A stretch of 64,000 nucleotides of DNA, taken from Cyanophyceae cyanobacterium. GTDB lineage: Bacteria; Cyanobacteriota; Cyanobacteriia; Cyanobacteriales; JBHJGN01. The position numbers and the translations under genes were made by a program. The notes beneath the pieces were generated by a model. The model searched no databases, was not told the DNA's origin, and saw nothing but the letters and a program-made list of their open reading frames with translations. Of the stretch, positions 20,628 to 30,637 are shown in pieces. Each line of letters starts with the position of its first letter. The stretch's first letter is position 1. The stretch covers positions 32,001 through 96,000 of the forward strand of contig JBHJGN010000023.1 in the NCBI GenBank assembly GCA_050331735.1. The letters run 5' to 3'.

Positions 20628-22121
20628 ATGTCTAAACAAACAATAGCAACATCACCACCGCAATGGAAACATCCAGAACCGCGACCGTTTCCCTGGGGGC
20701 TTCTGGCCACAAATGCTAAGACTGCGCCCTATTGGCTAGGCTGTGCCTTGCTAACGGCCATCATTGTCATTGCTTGGAATACAGCAGTCGTGGCTCAAGA
20801 GCCAGGAGATACCGGGTCAATTGAGACTGTACAGGGAACGTTAAATGCTATTTGGGTTCTCATCGCCGCTATTTTGGTGATCTTTATGAACGCTGGTTTC
20901 GGTATGCTGGAAACCGGATTTTGTCGCCAGAAAAATGCCGTTAATATTCTCTCTAAAAACCTGATTGTGTTTGCCCTGGCTACCATTTCTTTTTGGGCCG
21001 TGGGGTTTTCTCTCATGTTTGGTACAGGAAACGGCTTTTTTGGTCTGGGCGGATGGTTTTTGGGCAGCGAAGACCCGGCGACTTACGGACTAGACCCATT
21101 TCCCGCTGGGTTGCCCATCTCCGTATTTTTCTTATTTCAAGCCGCCTTTGCCGGAACAGCAGCCACGATTGTTTCCGGTGCCGTTGCTGAAAGAATCAAG
21201 TTTGTAGACTTTGTTGTTTTTAGTTTGTTGCTCACCGCCATTTCTTATCCGATTACCGGTCACTGGGTCTGGAGTGGTGATGGCTGGCTGGGAGCGATGG
21301 GCTTCTCCGATTTTGCAGGCTCAACGGTAGTCCATTCAGTGGGCGGCTGGTGTGCTTTGATGGGAGCAGCGTTCCTCGGACCCAGAGAAGGCAAATACTT
21401 CAACGGACGAATCAACGCCATTCCGGGTCACAATATGAGCATTGCAACTCTAGGATGCTTAATTTTGTGGATCGGCTGGTTTGGATTCAACCCAGGCTCG
21501 CAACTCGCCGCCGATGAAGCCGTGCCCTATATTGCGGTCACGACAAACCTAGCGGCGGTTTCTGGCGGGATTTTAGCAACGATTACCTCCTGGATTAAGG
21601 ACGGTAAGCCAGACCTATCGATGATCATTAACGGAATTCTGGCTGGCTTAGTCGGAATTACGGCAGGCTGTGCCGGCGTTTCCTACTGGGGAGCCGTTAT
21701 TATTGGCGCGATCGCTGGCGTGATTGTGGTCTTCTCAGTAGCTTTCTTCGATGCCATCCGCATTGACGATCCGGTGGGAGCCATTTCGGTTCACCTTGTC
21801 TGTGGGATTTGGGGAACCCTGGCAGTCGGTATCTTCGATACCGAATTAGCTGGCATTCCGCAAATCATTACTCAACTTATTGGCATTCTCTCGATCGGTG
21901 GCTTCACCGTGCTGTTCGCTTCGATTGTCTGGCTCATTCTTAAAGCAGTCGGCGGGATTCGCGTCTCGCCAGAAGAAGAACTCACAGGCTTAGACATCGG
22001 CGAGCACGGCATGGAGGCCTATAGCGGCTTTGTCAAGGAATCGGAAGAAGTTGTCGGTGCTCCGACTGTGGGCAGCATCAGAGATCGGGACGATTTTCCT
22101 CAGAGTTCGGAATCGATATAG
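20628..22121 (+). CDS. amt1: Ammonium transporter
   Basis: [50 protein letters not shown]. Confidence 0.95.
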   Translation: MSKQTIATSPPQWKHPEPRPFPWGLLATNAKTAPYWLGCALLTAIIVIAWNTAVVAQEPGDTGSIETVQGTLNAIWVLIAAILVIFMNAGFGMLETGFCRQKNAVNILSKNLIVFALATISFWAVGFSLMFGTGNGFFGLGGWFLGSEDPATYGLDPFPAGLPISVFFLFQAAFAGTAATIVSGAVAERIKFVDFVVFSLLLTAISYPITGHWVWSGDGWLGAMGFSDFAGSTVVHSVGGWCALMGAAFLGPREGKYFNGRINAIPGHNMSIATLGCLILWIGWFGFNPGSQLAADEAVPYIAVTTNLAAVSGGILATITSWIKDGKPDLSMIINGILAGLVGITAGCAGVSYWGAVIIGAIAGVIVVFSVAFFDAIRIDDPVGAISVHLVCGIWGTLAVGIFDTELAGIPQIITQLIGILSIGGFTVLFASIVWLILKAVGGIRVSPEEELTGLDIGEHGMEAYSGFVKESEEVVGAPTVGSIRDRDDFPQSSESI

Positions 22122-22312
22122 TCGCTGCGCCACGGGGAAAAGGAAAACAGTTCCTGACGGAACGGGGAAAGGGGAAAGGGAAATCTGTCCCTCCGGGACG
22201 GGGAAAGAACGGGGAAATCTGGAACAAGCGACTCATTCCCCCTTTCTCGTTGCACCGCAACTTTTTCCCCTTTTTCCGCAGCGCAAGCTGCTTTCCCCCG
22301 CGCCGATGGCGC
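22121..22312. repeat. GGGGAAA/TTTCCCC repeat cluster with six hairpin cassettes
   Basis: Cassettes at 22121, 22150, 22187 (G-rich arm) and 22249, 22278, 22300 (C-rich arm). Confidence 0.85.
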
Positions 22313-22397
22313 AACAGAGAGCAGTTTTTTCGTGGGAAGAAAGCGGCGCTGTCTGTGGGGTTGTAGAATAGCGAGTAGCGAATGATGAAGAACAAAC

Positions 22398-23603
22398 ATG
22401 GATACTAAAGCGTTTAAGCGATCGCTGCATCAGTCTCAGCAGTATCACCGCCAAGGATTTGGCCGGGAAGCGGAAGTAGCAGGAGTGATGAATGCGGAGT
22501 ATCAAAGCGATCTGATTCAGGAAATTCGCGCTCGTCAGTATCGACTCCAGCGAGGTAACGTCACGATTCGGCTGGCTGAAGCCTTTGGCTTCTGTTGGGG
22601 AGTAGAACGGGCCGTGGCGATGGCCTACGAAACTCGTCAGCACTTCCCCACCCAAAGAATCTGGATTACGAACGAAATTATTCACAATCCTTCGGTCAAT
22701 CAGCGTTTGCGAGACATGGCCGTAGCCTTTATTCCGGTAGAGGCCGGAGTCAAAGATTTTTCAGCCGTGGGCGTTGGCGATGTAGTGATTCTGCCCGCCT
22801 TTGGAGCTAGCGTTAGCGAAATGCAGTTGCTCAACGACAAAGACTGCACCATCGTCGATACCACCTGTCCTTGGGTTTCTAAAGTTTGGAATGCGGTGGA
22901 GAAGCACAAAAAGCGCCGCTACACGTCGATTATTCACGGCAAGTATGGTCATGAAGAAACCGTAGCCACCAGCTCCTTTGCCAATCAATATCTGGTGATC
23001 CTCAATATGGACCAGGCCCACTATGTCCGCGACTATATTCTCAATGGCGGCAGTCGGGAAGAATTTATGGCCAAGTTTGCTGGCGCTCATTCGGATGGAT
23101 TCGACCCTGACAAAGATCTAGAGCGAGTGGGCATTGCCAATCAGACGACGATGCTGAAAAGCGAAACTGAGCAGATTGGCAAACTATTTGAGCAGACTAT
23201 GCTCAAAAAATACGGTCCTGCCGAGCTCAACCAACATTTCATGAGCTTCAATACCATCTGCGATGCTACTCAAGAACGCCAGGATGCCATGTTTGAGCTG
23301 GTGGAAGAACAGGTAGATTTAATGGTGGTGATTGGTGGCTTTAATTCGTCTAACACGACTCACCTTCAGGAAATTGCGGTGGAGCGCGGCATTCCTTCGT
23401 ATCACATCGACAGTAGCGATCGCATTGGTCCCGGCAATCGCGTCGAGCACAAGCCCTTGGGAAAAGAGATCGAAGTGACTGAAAAGTGGCTGCCGGAAGG
23501 TCCGATTACGGTGGGCGTGACGAGCGGAGCCTCTACGCCAGACCGCATCGTAGCCGACGCAATTGAGAAAATTTTTGCTCTCAAAGCAGAGGCGATCGCG
23601 TAG
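22398..23603 (+). CDS. ispH: 4-hydroxy-3-methylbut-2-enyl diphosphate reductase
   Basis: [45 protein letters not shown]. Confidence 0.96.
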   Translation: MDTKAFKRSLHQSQQYHRQGFGREAEVAGVMNAEYQSDLIQEIRARQYRLQRGNVTIRLAEAFGFCWGVERAVAMAYETRQHFPTQRIWITNEIIHNPSVNQRLRDMAVAFIPVEAGVKDFSAVGVGDVVILPAFGASVSEMQLLNDKDCTIVDTTCPWVSKVWNAVEKHKKRRYTSIIHGKYGHEETVATSSFANQYLVILNMDQAHYVRDYILNGGSREEFMAKFAGAHSDGFDPDKDLERVGIANQTTMLKSETEQIGKLFEQTMLKKYGPAELNQHFMSFNTICDATQERQDAMFELVEEQVDLMVVIGGFNSSNTTHLQEIAVERGIPSYHIDSSDRIGPGNRVEHKPLGKEIEVTEKWLPEGPITVGVTSGASTPDRIVADAIEKIFALKAEAIA

Positions 23604-23613
23604 CGTTCGTCGG

Positions 23614-25017
23614 CTACTCTAGCTCCTGGCGCAGTTGCTCCGCTTCTGCTAGAGTTTCTTCTGGATCTTGCTCGGTGGAGCGCTCGAGGTAATTCAGCTT
23701 AATTTCTTCTAATAAATCAGCCAGCAACGTCTGGAGTTCTGCCTGCACCGTCTGATCCCGGAGTTCTTTGCGGAGGGCTTGCTTAAAGTTGTCTGCCAAA
23801 TTGTCAAATAAGACTCGCCCCTGGACATCAGAGTAGGAGCTGACCAATACTTCATAAACAGACTGCGCTAAATAATCTGCTAGCCCTTCGGTGACTTCTA
23901 TGGGCACTCCTTCAATGCCCGGGACGCTTTGCAGTGCTTGATAGAAATCCGACTGCTTGAGGGCTTCTCTAAGGTTATAGCGCAGCAGCGCTTCTAGGTC
24001 CGGCTGAATTTGGGGAACGACTTTGTAAATGGCGAGCTGGAGAATCCGGTCAACAATGACGTCAACTTCATCAATTTCATTGACTTTCTGATGAGGCTTG
24101 GGCTGTAGCAACCAGCGAGCAGCATCTCCGGCTGCTACGGCCTCTTGAGTCTGGTTAATCAGATTCACAATCATAAAATTAGAAACGCGCTCCGCCAGAT
24201 ACGCCGCCGGTTCGTGAGTAACCTGAGCCAGAATACGCTCGAGATTGAATAGACCAGATTGATGCACCCGGACCGTAACGGGAATTGCTCGCAACCATCT
24301 CCAGGTCGGCAACAGCAGTAGGGCATCGTACCACCGCTGTAGAATCGCATCCCACCAGCTTAGATCGGTGCGACGGGTCGAGAGGCGAAAGGTGCGGACC
24401 AGATACTCTAACCCAAAGAAAATCACAAATCCCAGGTCGAGCTGCCAAAACCGATCGACAAACCGCCCATTTTCATCCACTTGGCGAAAATAGTTTGTTT
24501 CCAGCAGGGGACGGATTTTAGAGTCAAAGAAGGCAAAGGCCGCTTGCGGACTCGCCTGCGTCAGGTAATCCTGCGACCACAGAGTGTTCAGGGCCTGTTC
24601 GGTCGAACGATTTTGTAGTTGATATTCTAGGCGTCGCTTCAGTTGAGCAAAGGTATCAAACTTATTAGCATCCAAAAACGGGTTTTCTTGAATTAAGTCA
24701 GCACTTTGCTGCCGCAATGAGGTCAGGAGTGCCGCTGTTGATGTTGACTCTAACCCCGATGAAACAGTCTGCTGTTTAAGTGCTTCAACGGTTTGTAGGT
24801 AGTGAACGGTGTCAGGATGGGGTTCAATACTTTTTACCGGGTCGTAAAATCTGACCAAGGCGGGCACGTGGTGAACGTAAAAGTCTCTCAGCGGAATGTA
24901 GCTGAGGTTAAAGAGAACCAGCAGGAAATTTACCAGAGCGACAAGCGCCACCAGCTTACTCCACCAGCTTGAGTGAGCAATTGTCGCCAAGGTTTGGGGC
25001 TGTACTGTATTGTCCAT
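23614..25017 (-). CDS. Hypothetical membrane protein
   Basis: Long ORF with TM segments (LVLFNLSYIPLRDFY; FFGLEYL..RWYDALLL.P.WRWLR); likely start 25017 because the longer frame overlaps the next gene. Confidence 0.75.
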   Translation of the reverse strand: MDNTVQPQTLATIAHSSWWSKLVALVALVNFLLVLFNLSYIPLRDFYVHHVPALVRFYDPVKSIEPHPDTVHYLQTVEALKQQTVSSGLESTSTAALLTSLRQQSADLIQENPFLDANKFDTFAQLKRRLEYQLQNRSTEQALNTLWSQDYLTQASPQAAFAFFDSKIRPLLETNYFRQVDENGRFVDRFWQLDLGFVIFFGLEYLVRTFRLSTRRTDLSWWDAILQRWYDALLLLPTWRWLRAIPVTVRVHQSGLFNLERILAQVTHEPAAYLAERVSNFMIVNLINQTQEAVAAGDAARWLLQPKPHQKVNEIDEVDVIVDRILQLAIYKVVPQIQPDLEALLRYNLREALKQSDFYQALQSVPGIEGVPIEVTEGLADYLAQSVYEVLVSSYSDVQGRVLFDNLADNFKQALRKELRDQTVQAELQTLLADLLEEIKLNYLERSTEQDPEETLAEAEQLRQELE

Positions 25018-25039
25018 GCGCAAGTTATTGTTTTCTCTA

Positions 25040-25360
25040 TTAATTTTCCCCCACCGGATGCCACTGATAGTCACGGAGGATAATTTTTCCGGCGCTCGTA
25101 AAGTGAATTGCTTCTTGTTCCAGGAGCGATCGCTGAAAATAATCGCCTCCGCGTCGGTGCGGCGAATAAGAAACCTCTCCCTTAGCATTGACCACCCGAT
25201 GCCAAGGGACATCCGAGCCGCTTTCTAAGCGATACAAGGCATATCCTACTAGGCGAGCCTGTCCCGGTAAATTCGCTAACTCCGCCACTTGGCCGTAAGT
25301 CGCTACTCGTCCGGGCGGAATCTGACGCACAACCTGATAAATTTTGTCGTAGGCAGACAT
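25040..25360 (-). CDS. Alkyltransferase-like (ATL/MGMT family) protein
   Basis: IPPGRVATYGQVA, ARLVGYAL, PWHRV (Trp in place of the catalytic Cys). Confidence 0.9.
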   Translation of the reverse strand: MSAYDKIYQVVRQIPPGRVATYGQVAELANLPGQARLVGYALYRLESGSDVPWHRVVNAKGEVSYSPHRRGGDYFQRSLLEQEAIHFTSAGKIILRDYQWHPVGEN

Positions 25361-25369
25361 AAAAAGTCA

Positions 25370-25577
25370 GTCGCTGCGCGACGGGGAAAGGGAAAAGGGA
25401 AAACTGTCCCTTTCCCCAACGGGAACGCTCCGCGAACGGGACGGGGAAAGGGGAACAGTGACCAGACTAGTTCATTCAACTGGTAACTGCTCGCTGTCAA
25501 GTCTCTTTTCCCTTTCCCCCTCCCCCTTTCCCCGTTGCGGAGCAACTTCCCCCTTTTCCCCGCGCGCCTAGGAGCGC
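25370..25577. repeat. GGGGAAA/TTTCCCC repeat cluster with hairpin cassettes, one carrying a nested insert
   Basis: GTCGC-TGC-GCGAC (25370), GTCCC[27-nt loop]GGGAC (25406-42), GTTGC-GGA-GCAAC (25534). Confidence 0.85.
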
Positions 25578-27263
25578 TTATTTCCGGTCGGAACGTAAAA
25601 TACTGGCAATCAGCCATAGCCCGAATAAACTAGCGGCGGCAAAGAGAACGTTACTAATAATAGATAACTGAGTTGTTTGTGCTCCGGTAGAAATAATCGC
25701 GGCTCCCATGATCAGGGAACCAACAATAATGCTAAAGGAAAGTCGGTTGGCTGAAGCATCGACACTGCGTCGGAGGGGATCGAGATCTCGGATTGTTAAA
25801 TTCCACTTCAGCGTTTCCGACGTCACTCGGTCCAGCAAGAGTTCGACCTGACGGGGGGAACGAATCGACAAACTCTTGAGATCTAGGGCAGTGCGCAGAA
25901 AGGTTTGAGTCGGATTGTTGCCCAGTAGCTGACGGCGGAACAGATCCGTCATCAGCGGCTTAATTTCGTCGAGCAGATTAACCTCGGGGTCGAAGGTCCG
26001 AGCGGCGCCTTCCAAATTAGCGATGGTTTTAGCGTACAATCCCATGTTGCTCGGTAAGCGCACTCGATTGTCCCGGGACACTTGCAAAATCTCGTAGAAG
26101 ACTTCGCTAAAGTTGATCTCAGACAGACTCAGATTGTAGTACTTCCGCAACATACGGCTGTAGTCGTTTTCCAAGCGGTCTAAACTAATGGGCTGTCCGG
26201 ACTCGGCTAACTCAATCGTGAGCTGAGCGCAGCGTTGAGCATCGAGATCGACAATCGCTAGCAACATTTCTGTCAGGATCTGCTGAGTGCGCGGATCTAA
26301 GCGCCCAACCATTCCGCAGTCTAGAAGCGCTATCCGACCATCGCCGAGATAGAAAATATTGCCGGGATGGGGATCGGCGTGGAAAAAGCCATCAAGATAA
26401 ATTTGCTGAAAGAAAGCGCGAAATAGCAGCGTTGTGACTTCCCGTCTTTGAGTAACCGCGCTCTTCCCCTGAGCTTGCTCAAAGAAGCTGCTAGAGCTAC
26501 TGCCGTTAGGAGCAGTGGGAGGCAGCTTGGCCGACAGCAGTGGCACTCCCTCTAGCCACTCTAGTACCAGAAGATTTGGAGTGGTAAGCTCTGAGTAAAC
26601 TTGAGGAATCACCACTCGCTGGGGATCGAACCACTGGCTGGTTGAGAGATTATGGCGCAGTTGCTCAGTGTATTCAGCTTCAGTGGTAAAATCTAGTTCA
26701 GCTCGCAGCGCCTTGGTAAACTCGTCGGCGATCGCAATGATGTCGTAGTCTTTGCCGAAATCTGTGAGGGAAACGAGTTCTGCTAACCCTTTGATTAAGG
26801 CAATATCCTGGTCAACAATGGGTTCAATTCCTGGCCGCTGCACCTTGAGCGCCACTTCTCGACCGTCTTTCAGAGTAGCTCGGTGAACTTGAGCAATCGA
26901 GGCGGCGGCGATCGCCGTCGGAGCGATCGACTCAAAGGTTTCTTCTAAAGAGCGCGGTAGCTGCTGACGAATTGACGTTTCTACTTGGCTCCAGGCTACC
27001 GGCGGCACGTTCGACTGCAAATCGGTCAGAGCTTCTACGTATTCTCCCGGCAGCAAATCTGGGCGAGTAGACAACAGTTGCCCGAGCTTCACATACACTG
27101 GACCTAATTCAATTAATATCTTGCAAAGCACTGCCGGAGGCGGTAGCTGCGGCTCATCCGTTTTTTTCCCCGTCAACAGTCCGCGCATGTAGTCCCAGCC
27201 GTTACGGAAGACAACCTCTAGAATTTCTCGCTGACGAGACGTATTTTGAGTAAGAGAAAGCAT
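25578..27263 (-). CDS. AarF/ABC1/UbiB atypical kinase
   Basis: LGPVYVKLGQLLSTRPDLLP, AASIAQVH, VALKVQRP, FFHADPHPGN, LLDCGMVG. Confidence 0.93.
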   Translation of the reverse strand: MLSLTQNTSRQREILEVVFRNGWDYMRGLLTGKKTDEPQLPPPAVLCKILIELGPVYVKLGQLLSTRPDLLPGEYVEALTDLQSNVPPVAWSQVETSIRQQLPRSLEETFESIAPTAIAAASIAQVHRATLKDGREVALKVQRPGIEPIVDQDIALIKGLAELVSLTDFGKDYDIIAIADEFTKALRAELDFTTEAEYTEQLRHNLSTSQWFDPQRVVIPQVYSELTTPNLLVLEWLEGVPLLSAKLPPTAPNGSSSSSFFEQAQGKSAVTQRREVTTLLFRAFFQQIYLDGFFHADPHPGNIFYLGDGRIALLDCGMVGRLDPRTQQILTEMLLAIVDLDAQRCAQLTIELAESGQPISLDRLENDYSRMLRKYYNLSLSEINFSEVFYEILQVSRDNRVRLPSNMGLYAKTIANLEGAARTFDPEVNLLDEIKPLMTDLFRRQLLGNNPTQTFLRTALDLKSLSIRSPRQVELLLDRVTSETLKWNLTIRDLDPLRRSVDASANRLSFSIIVGSLIMGAAIISTGAQTTQLSIISNVLFAAASLFGLWLIASILRSDRK

Positions 27264-27574
27264 TGGTTTTAAATCAACTGAATACATTCTTGAGCGAGAA
27301 TACCTGTTGTTACTCTAAGCTGCTGAAAATCTCAATTGCTGTCTGCTTCACAGGTTACTTGAGTTTCCCCGATTTCTATTTTAATAAGATCTGCTCACAA
27401 TCACCTGAAACCAGGGAGCAATTCCTCACTCTCAAACTAGAGAAGGATGTTTTCAGGCAAGCGTTCTGCTAGATTATTTTTCACGAGTTTATTTGAATCC
27501 AAAAACTTTCAACCAAAACATTAGCAAACAACAATCTTGTTAGTGCATTTATTCTTAATCAGAGGTTATTTGTT

Positions 27575-27829
27575 ATGTCAGCGTCAAGCCCCCTCAATGG
27601 ATTAGATTTAGTTGATTGCGCCAAGGCAAATGCGAAGCAAGGAGTAGAAGTAGCAGCTAAACAGTGTGGTTATGGACCAGATATTAACAGCTTTAAACAA
27701 AATTTGAAGCAAGCCTGCCAGAATATGGGGATACAAATTAGCGAGTTAAGCGACCTCATTACCGATCAACAGGTCGTTAGAGATCGAGGCGGACTGGAAA
27801 TCTCCCCAGAATCTCAATCCGATCTTTAG
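27575..27829 (+). CDS. Small hypothetical protein
   Basis: 84 aa, GAGG RBS; L.G.DLVDCAKANA...CGYG pattern. Confidence 0.7.
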   Translation: MSASSPLNGLDLVDCAKANAKQGVEVAAKQCGYGPDINSFKQNLKQACQNMGIQISELSDLITDQQVVRDRGGLEISPESQSDL

Positions 27830-27862
27830 CCAATCAGCAGCCCGATTACGAGGGGTTGACAA

Positions 27863-28486
27863 TTAACTTTTAGCCTGAATAACCTGTAAACTGTTTCCTG
27901 CAAACAGGCGACGCTGAAACGACTTGAACCCCGCAGCTTCTAAGCGCTGCTGCAAATCCATTTCGATAAACTGCCAGGCTGTTTCTGTTTCAAACAACCC
28001 TAAAAAAATGGCTAAGCCAGCTCTAAAGAACCAGTGACTAGCATGATGAAAGTCAAGGAACGTGAAAGTTCCTCCCGGTTTTAAAACTCGATAAACTTCT
28101 TGAAAAAGCTGCTGAAGTTCGTCAACATCCATTTCATGGAGAGCAACGCTAGCGTGAACGAGGTCGAAAGTCTGGCGATCGAAAGGTAACTCCTGCGCTC
28201 GTCCTTCAACGTATTGAGCTTGAGGCACCTTGGCCGCTGCCCGCTTTAACGCTACAGGAGACACGTCTAATCCGGTAACGTTTTGAGAATACTGAACCAA
28301 GATCTGAGTTGTTTGACCAGCGCCACAGCACAAGTCTAAAACGGCGGTATCTCGATCGAGAGGAAGTCCCTGAAGAGCCAGATGGCGAAAGCGGTTTTCT
28401 CCACCGACGCTGAGGGCTGCTAACCGAGAAATGCCGTTATAGAGCCACTGATATTGATAGCTCCAGGTTCTGAGAATCGTTGCCAA
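27863..28486 (-). CDS. Class I SAM-dependent methyltransferase
   Basis: VLDLCCGAG, GLDVSP, RVLKPGG. Confidence 0.9.
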   Translation of the reverse strand: MATILRTWSYQYQWLYNGISRLAALSVGGENRFRHLALQGLPLDRDTAVLDLCCGAGQTTQILVQYSQNVTGLDVSPVALKRAAAKVPQAQYVEGRAQELPFDRQTFDLVHASVALHEMDVDELQQLFQEVYRVLKPGGTFTFLDFHHASHWFFRAGLAIFLGLFETETAWQFIEMDLQQRLEAAGFKSFQRRLFAGNSLQVIQAKS

Positions 28487-28544
28487 GGATAATCTCCACT
28501 CAATTGTGTGTAATTGTAAGTAGTGTGAACGCAGAAAAAAATAT

Positions 28545-28562
28545 ATTGTTAAAATTAGTAAA
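28545..28562 (-). promoter_or_regulatory. HLR1-like (RpaB) direct repeat upstream of hemH
   Basis: Minus strand TTTACTAA-TT-TTAACAAT, one mismatch per half-site to (G/T)TTACA(T/A)(T/A). Confidence 0.45.
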
Positions 28563-28595
28563 GAATCTGAAAATTGTTGGAAGGCTATTTAGAGT

Positions 28596-29759
28596 ATGGG
28601 TCGCGTTGGGGTTTTACTACTAAATTTAGGGGGACCAGATCGCTTAGAGGATGTTCGTCCTTTTCTATATAATCTGTTTGCTGACCCAGAAATTATTCGT
28701 CTGCCGTTTCCCTGGCTACAAAAGCCCCTAGCCTGGTTGATTTCGACATCGAGAGCGAAGAAATCACGGAATAATTATCGAGAGATCGGCGGTGGTTCTC
28801 CGCTGAGGAAAATTACGGAAGCGCAAGGACAAGCTCTGCAAGAGCGGCTGGCAGAAGATGGGCAGGCGGCGAAGGTGTATATCGGGATGCGCTATTGGCA
28901 TCCGTTTACCCAAGAGGCGATCGCCAAAATTAAGCGCGACCACATCAAAGAGCTGGTCATTTTGCCACTCTACCCCCATTTCTCGATTAGTACCAGTGGC
29001 TCAAGCTTCCGAGTCCTCGAAGAAATGTGGAAAGAAGACCCAGCTCTTCGGCTAATTGAATATACTATCATTCCTTCCTGGTATGACCACCCAGGCTACA
29101 TCCAGGCCATGGCAGCTCTCCTGGCTCAAGAGCTACAGCAATTTGCTGACCCCGACCGCGTACACATCTTTTTCAGCGCCCACGGCGTTCCGCTTAGCTA
29201 CGTTGAAGAGTCTGGAGACCCCTACCAGCAACAGATTGAGGAATGTACTCGCTTGATCATGAACGCGCTGGCGCGCTCGAATGACTTTACCCTGGCCTAC
29301 CAAAGCCGTGTCGGTCCTGTAGAATGGCTGAGACCTTACACCGAAGACGCCCTGCAAGAATTAGGAGAGCAGGGTGTCGAAGATCTACTCGTTGTTCCTA
29401 TTAGCTTTGTTTCTGAGCATATCGAAACGCTTCAGGAAATCGATATCGAGTACCGAGAGATTGCTGAAGATGCAGGCATTCAAAACTTTCGGCGTGTTCC
29501 AGCCTTGAACACTCATGCTGAATTTATCAACTCCTTGGCGGATTTAGTGGTAGAAGCCCGACAGAACCCACCACAAACCTTTGCAGAAATCCCTCGTCCC
29601 CAAAAGAACATGAAAATGTACCCGCAAGAACGGTGGGAGTGGGGGATGACAACCACGGCTGAAGTTTGGAACGGTCGTCTAGCGATGGTCGGCTTTGTGG
29701 CTCTGCTGCTAGAAATTATTAGTGGCAATGGACTACTGCATTTTGTTGGGCTGCTCTAG
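28596..29759 (+). CDS. hemH: Ferrochelatase with C-terminal CAB domain
   Basis: [33 protein letters not shown] motif [13 protein letters not shown]. Confidence 0.96.
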   Translation: MGRVGVLLLNLGGPDRLEDVRPFLYNLFADPEIIRLPFPWLQKPLAWLISTSRAKKSRNNYREIGGGSPLRKITEAQGQALQERLAEDGQAAKVYIGMRYWHPFTQEAIAKIKRDHIKELVILPLYPHFSISTSGSSFRVLEEMWKEDPALRLIEYTIIPSWYDHPGYIQAMAALLAQELQQFADPDRVHIFFSAHGVPLSYVEESGDPYQQQIEECTRLIMNALARSNDFTLAYQSRVGPVEWLRPYTEDALQELGEQGVEDLLVVPISFVSEHIETLQEIDIEYREIAEDAGIQNFRRVPALNTHAEFINSLADLVVEARQNPPQTFAEIPRPQKNMKMYPQERWEWGMTTTAEVWNGRLAMVGFVALLLEIISGNGLLHFVGLL

Positions 29760-29841
29760 ATTTGGGAGCAATCGGCAAGGCAAAAGCTTGACTCAGCGAT
29801 CGTCGTACGCCGATTGGCGCTGCTTTCATCTTTGCCAACTG

Positions 29842-30405
29842 TTACCCTTTCCCGCTCGCGGAGCGACTATACCAGCGTCGCCATTCATTGGAAGTGCGAA
29901 TCGCCAACCAGAGCAGCAGCATGGCCACAATTCCCCCTTGCTGGGGAGCCTCGAAAGCAAATAGCACTAAACAGGTGCAGAGCAAATCTTCTGCAAACAC
30001 GACCCACAGAGGAAGACCTCGCAGCCGAAAAAACCAGCCAACTTCAACCAGCTTAAGGACAAGGGCTAGTCCACCGCCGCTCATACCCACTAGCCAGACA
30101 GGTCCGATAGCCAAGTTGGTTGTTTGCAACACGACTATCCCCATCAAACAGCCAACCACAGGGCAAAGTATCAACTGAATGAGCTGTAAAATGCGCTGTC
30201 CCAGTAACTTTTTGGAAGCGAGTAGCTCAAACAAAGACCAGCTCACTAGAATGCTGAGAATCACTTGAGGATGAATATATTTGAGAATCGATACATCTGT
30301 TTGCCAACGATGGCTATAGAGTAAGCAAATCACGGTTAACGGAAGCGCAATTCTCATTCCGGCTGCTGCTGAGGCAGAAAAAACCGCTAGAAGGGCAGTA
30401 AGCAT
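29842..30405 (-). CDS. DUF4126-like membrane protein
   Basis: SAAAGMRIALPL, WSLFELLASKKLLGQR, EDLLC. Confidence 0.7.
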   Translation of the reverse strand: MLTALLAVFSASAAAGMRIALPLTVICLLYSHRWQTDVSILKYIHPQVILSILVSWSLFELLASKKLLGQRILQLIQLILCPVVGCLMGIVVLQTTNLAIGPVWLVGMSGGGLALVLKLVEVGWFFRLRGLPLWVVFAEDLLCTCLVLFAFEAPQQGGIVAMLLLWLAIRTSNEWRRWYSRSASGKG

Positions 30406-30637
30406 AACGTTTTGGCAAACTAACGTGCTTCCTTAAATTCAGGATGATGGTCAGGCGCGGCTACAGAAGGGCTTAAAGTTCTGACTTCCTGCTAGGAGCT
30501 GAGTTTGTAATCAATTATTCCCAGTTCTGAACAGTTTTAGTTCACAAGCAGCAGATAAAAAGTAACAATTAGCGTGCTTGTTTGAGTCTTTAATAGAAAT
30601 TGTAGAGATAGGTCTTCGCCTCCCCCCCTCATGCCTC

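Noticed and set aside
22121..22312. CRISPR array reading of the repeat-cassette clusters
   Set aside because: Constant part is only about 7 nt, variable parts are 13-14 nt palindromes reused between loci, and no cas genes are present
22030..22399. Overlapping ORFs rich in GKG/FPFP (also 14649-15197, 25289-25617, 46016-46307)
   Set aside because: Translations of the G/C-rich repeats, which lack stop codons
25018..25212. N-terminal extension of the 532-aa ORF
   Set aside because: Overlaps the ATL gene on the same strand; ATG 25017 is the more plausible start
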